From positions 115,878,001-115,942,000 of the forward strand of contig OX597816.1 of assembly GCA_951406725.2 (NCBI GenBank): a stretch of 64,000 nucleotides of DNA, read 5' to 3'. A program made the translations under genes and the position numbers. Of this stretch, positions 59,292-64,000 are shown piece by piece (the first letter of the stretch is position 1; each line of letters starts with the position of its first letter). This stretch comes from Octopus vulgaris. Lineage: Eukaryota. The notes beneath the pieces are model-generated. The model was not told the DNA's origin, ran no database searches, and saw only the letters and a list, made by a program, of their open reading frames with translations.

Positions 59292-59337
59292 TGACAAAGT
59301 TCTTTCATCACACGTTCTGCGACCTCTTCAGTGACTT
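59292..59337 (-). ncRNA. Degenerate minimal hammerhead motif with canonical CUGAAGA core
   Basis: Minus strand reads GUCA-CUGAAGA-G-GUCGCA-gaacg-UGUGAU-GAAA-GAAC-UU-UGUC. Stem II pairs with wobbles, and stem I has a mismatch. Confidence 0.45.
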
Positions 59338-59387
59338 TCTATCTCATGTGTCTCATCCTGTTCTACTTATTTCATTTTGTCTTTCAG

Positions 59388-59423
59388 GAAGAAGAAGAAG
59401 AAGAAGAAGAAGAAGAAGAAGAA

Positions 59424-59485
<62 letters not shown>

Positions 59486-59500
59486 AGAAGAGGAAGAAGA
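59388..59500. repeat. (GAA)n polypurine repeat
   Basis: Directly visible. Confidence 0.98.
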
Positions 59501-59610
59501 ATGGGTGGGGAAGAGGAGGAGGACAACAAGAACAAGAGAAGACACGTCGGAATCATTGTCAAGGATATTCAAGAATAATATGTGTGTATGTGTTTATATA
59601 TACATGTGTT

Positions 59611-59659
<49 letters not shown>

Positions 59660-59706
59660 TAATATTTCTAAGTCTTTCTAAATGAGACTACAGTAGCGGT
59701 ACTGGA

Positions 59707-59972
59707 TATTAATAGTTATCGCCAAGCTAACATGGCAGTCCAGGAAAATAGGACGAATGCTGCCGCTGATTAGCTCCAAGAGGCCATCGCCTCTAGCTAG
59801 CTATGTGACACAGGAACAAGAGAGGTCAGCCGCTTCCTCTGTTCGAAGGTTGCAATGGACACAGGTTCTTGTGTCACATACCTAGCTAAAGGCGATGGAC
59901 TCTTGGAACTAATCAACGGCAGCATTCGTCCTATTTTCCTGGAATGCCATGTTAGCTTGGCGATAACTATTA

Positions 59973-59975
<3 letters not shown>
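59707..59975. repeat. Foldback/MITE-like inverted repeat (111-bp arms, 47-bp spacer) between (TA)n tracts
   Basis: 59707-59817 versus the reverse complement of 59865-59975 shows about 7 mismatches. Confidence 0.93.
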
Positions 59976-60016
<41 letters not shown>

Positions 60017-60154
60017 CGGAGATGTACCCGCATAGCAAGTAATTTGATCTGAGATCGTGTGCTGAAACGAAAACAATTGCAGCGTGGAAGGTGTTTATAA
60101 GCCATTTAAGAAACACACAAAGGCCGTTCGATTCACTTCAACATTTAAGTTTAA

Positions 60155-60204
60155 TTTGTCAAAATATTTTCGTCGCTAAAATCCGCGACTTGTTCACTGA
60201 CAAA
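60155..60204 (-). ncRNA. Putative minimal type I hammerhead ribozyme with G3-C8 core variant
   Basis: Minus strand reads UUUGUCA-GUGAACA-A-GUCGC-ggauuuua-GCGAC-GAAA-AUAU-UU-UGACAAA. It has a perfect 7-bp stem I, a perfect 5-bp stem II, and a 1-bp stem III with palindromic loop AUAU. Confidence 0.65.
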
Positions 60205-60217
60205 AATCCGTGCTGCA

Positions 60218-60271
<54 letters not shown>

Positions 60272-60305
60272 TATACATATATTTATATATATATGTTTAT
60301 ATTTA

Positions 60306-61572
<1,267 letters not shown>

Positions 61573-61681
61573 TATTATATGTATGTATATATATAACCGA
61601 ACACATGCTCACGCATTCACTCACACACATACACACACATGTATTTCTGTATATATGTATATATGTTGTGTGTGTGTGTGT

Positions 61682-61724
<43 letters not shown>

Positions 61725-62338
61725 TGTGCGTGTATACACATGCACACACACACTTTCATAGGCTCAGACATGCACACACCCACACACATACATGTATACG
61801 CGTGTATTTGAATGATGTGCATATACTTTGCTTCACCTTTCATGACGAAGAGTTGACAAAACCAGCTGTCAGTTATATTTCGAAAATTCTGCAACAAAGT
61901 TCACTTTTCCTCCGGCTCTTTACCCCTTCGCTAAAGTTACCTTTCAAAGTATAATTGATTCATTTGTAGCACCTAGTTTCCCAGAATAGGTTGCTACAGA
62001 GAGAAGCTCTGTATTTTCCAAAAAGATACTATTATTTAGAAGAAGTATCCGAGAACAGCTGATACTACAAACTAGTAAATTGTTAAAAAGTAGAACTTAT
62101 GACGACTGATTTAGGTTGCCTAACAGATAAAAGGGAGCAGTGATAATGGAGACAACAGGACGAGTAGCACGTGTGTGTGTAATTATCTTTAGGAATGCGT
62201 GCGATAGACCAGTTAATTGAGCGAGTTTAAGTGATAGATGGTGAACATCTGAGAAGAGATAGAGAAAAGACATACCTAGAAAAACAAAGGGTGATAGAGA
62301 CAGGCACCAATATATCTCTCAAACTAAAAAGAAGGAAT

Positions 62339-62408
<70 letters not shown>

Positions 62409-62579
62409 AGCAGATTTGGTTCACAACATGGCAAGGGTTAATACAGCAGAACAAAAAGGTTACTCAAAAATAGAAACACATCGTGGCGAAAGAGAAACTA
62501 GAGATCAAGCAAACCAAATTATGTACAAGTCATTCGCCATTACATAAATCCAAGTGTAGCATTTTCATGCGCGTGCGTT

Positions 62580-62620
<41 letters not shown>

Positions 62621-62698
62621 GTGTATGTATATATAATATATACATATATATACATATTTATATATATATATATACATATGTGTGCGTGTGTATATATA

Positions 62699-62772
<74 letters not shown>

Positions 62773-63074
62773 GTAATCTCTGTGTCAGTTAGTATTATTT
62801 TCAGAGAAAACCATATGAATTGATATGAAAGCCATATGCTTGATGCCAATTGTAGCAGAAATGTGTTGAAGTAGTTATAACAATTCATACCTTAGTTCTG
62901 AAATGGTGGCGTATTTAAGGAAAGTTACACGTTTCGAGATTTAAATATATATACAGATTACAGCTGTCACACATACTTGGACGGTCACACACACAGATGT
63001 ATATGTGTGTGTGTGTGTGCATATATTATATATGTGAGTATAGAAAGAGATAGATAAATGTACATTCTTTTTTT

Positions 63075-63453
63075 ACTTTTATTCTTTTATTTGTTTCAGT
63101 TATTTTACTGCGGCCATGCTGATGCACTGCCTTTAGTCGAACAAATCGATCCTAATACTTATTCTATCAGTCTCTTTTGCCGAACCACTGAGTTACGGGG
63201 ATGTTAACACACCAACGTCGGTTGTCAAGCGAACGGGGAGGGGGCAAACACAGACACACAAACATATACTTATATACACACATATATACGACGGGCTTCT
63301 TTCAGTTTCCGTCTACCAAATCCACTCACAAGGTTTTGATCGGCCTGAGGCTATAGTAGAAGACGCTTGCTCAAGGTTCCACGCAGTGGGACTGAACCCG
63401 GGAGCATGTGGTTGATAGGCAAGCTACTTACCACAAAGCAACTCCTGCTCCTA
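63075..63453 (-). mobile_element. tRNA-derived SINE (family B; CORE-like)
   Basis: Minus strand: head with B-box gggttcagtccc, then gaaccttgagcaag (CORE-like), internal TA/TG tract and A-rich tail. Confidence 0.85.
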
Positions 63454-63487
63454 TATACAAATATACTAATATATTCTTTTCTTCTTT

Positions 63488-63680
63488 AGATACAAGGCCA
63501 GAAATTTTTGGGGGGGGGATAGTCAATTAGATCGACCCCAGTATGCAACTGGCACTTAATCTATCGACCCCGAAAAGCTAATGTCGACCCCGGTGGAATT
63601 TGAACTCAAAACGTAAAGTCAGATGAAATACCGCTAAACATTTCGCCCGGTGTGCTAACGTTTCTGCCCGCTCGCCGCCT
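63488..63680 (-). mobile_element. Family A SINE
   Basis: Shared head, B-box and core. Confidence 0.88.
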
Positions 63681-64000
63681 TATATATATTATGTACTATA
63701 TAAGGCATGTGTATATATGTATATATCAAATATGCATATATATGTATGTATATATGAAAACACTCTTACACACACCCATAAATAAGTAAATAAACATGCA
63801 CAAATATATATCTAGGTATGTTAAGTACATATGTGTATCTTGGGTGACTTTTTATAATTATTTGCGTGCTTGTATGCATCGTATACATATTTATCAGCCA
63901 TGGCTATAAATTAGTTTTAAATAGGGAGCATTTATCATCAGCAAAGTGGTTACTCCTTGTCACAATTACCACCAGGATACCTATATATGTGTGTCACTCA

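Overview
AT-rich, repeat-dense eukaryotic DNA with no recognisable host protein-coding exon; it is intergenic or part of a very large intron. The SINE families and microsatellite load resemble a coleoid cephalopod such as Octopus (inference). Almost all ORFs in the supplied track are microsatellite read-throughs. Real content: two full-length but frameshifted mariner elements and one deleted one, an intron-containing Tc1 transposase relic, an internally deleted R4/Dong-type (REL-endonuclease) LINE in (TAA)n plus older relics, Tx1/L1-like and CR1-like LINE relics, about 20 copies of one tRNA-derived SINE and two of a second, and a hAT MITE. The most interesting signals are non-coding. (1) Minimal type I hammerhead-ribozyme motifs of the Penelope-associated kind occur in or near short modules within (TA)n. 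One has the catalytic C3-G8 pair swapped to G3-C8, and a similar canonical-core motif lies about 0.9 kb away. (2) A GC-rich island is a scrambled, two-orientation mosaic of 28S rRNA fragments. (3) Several long inverted repeats could form dsRNA. All calls were made by eye, and boundaries of old repeats are approximate.
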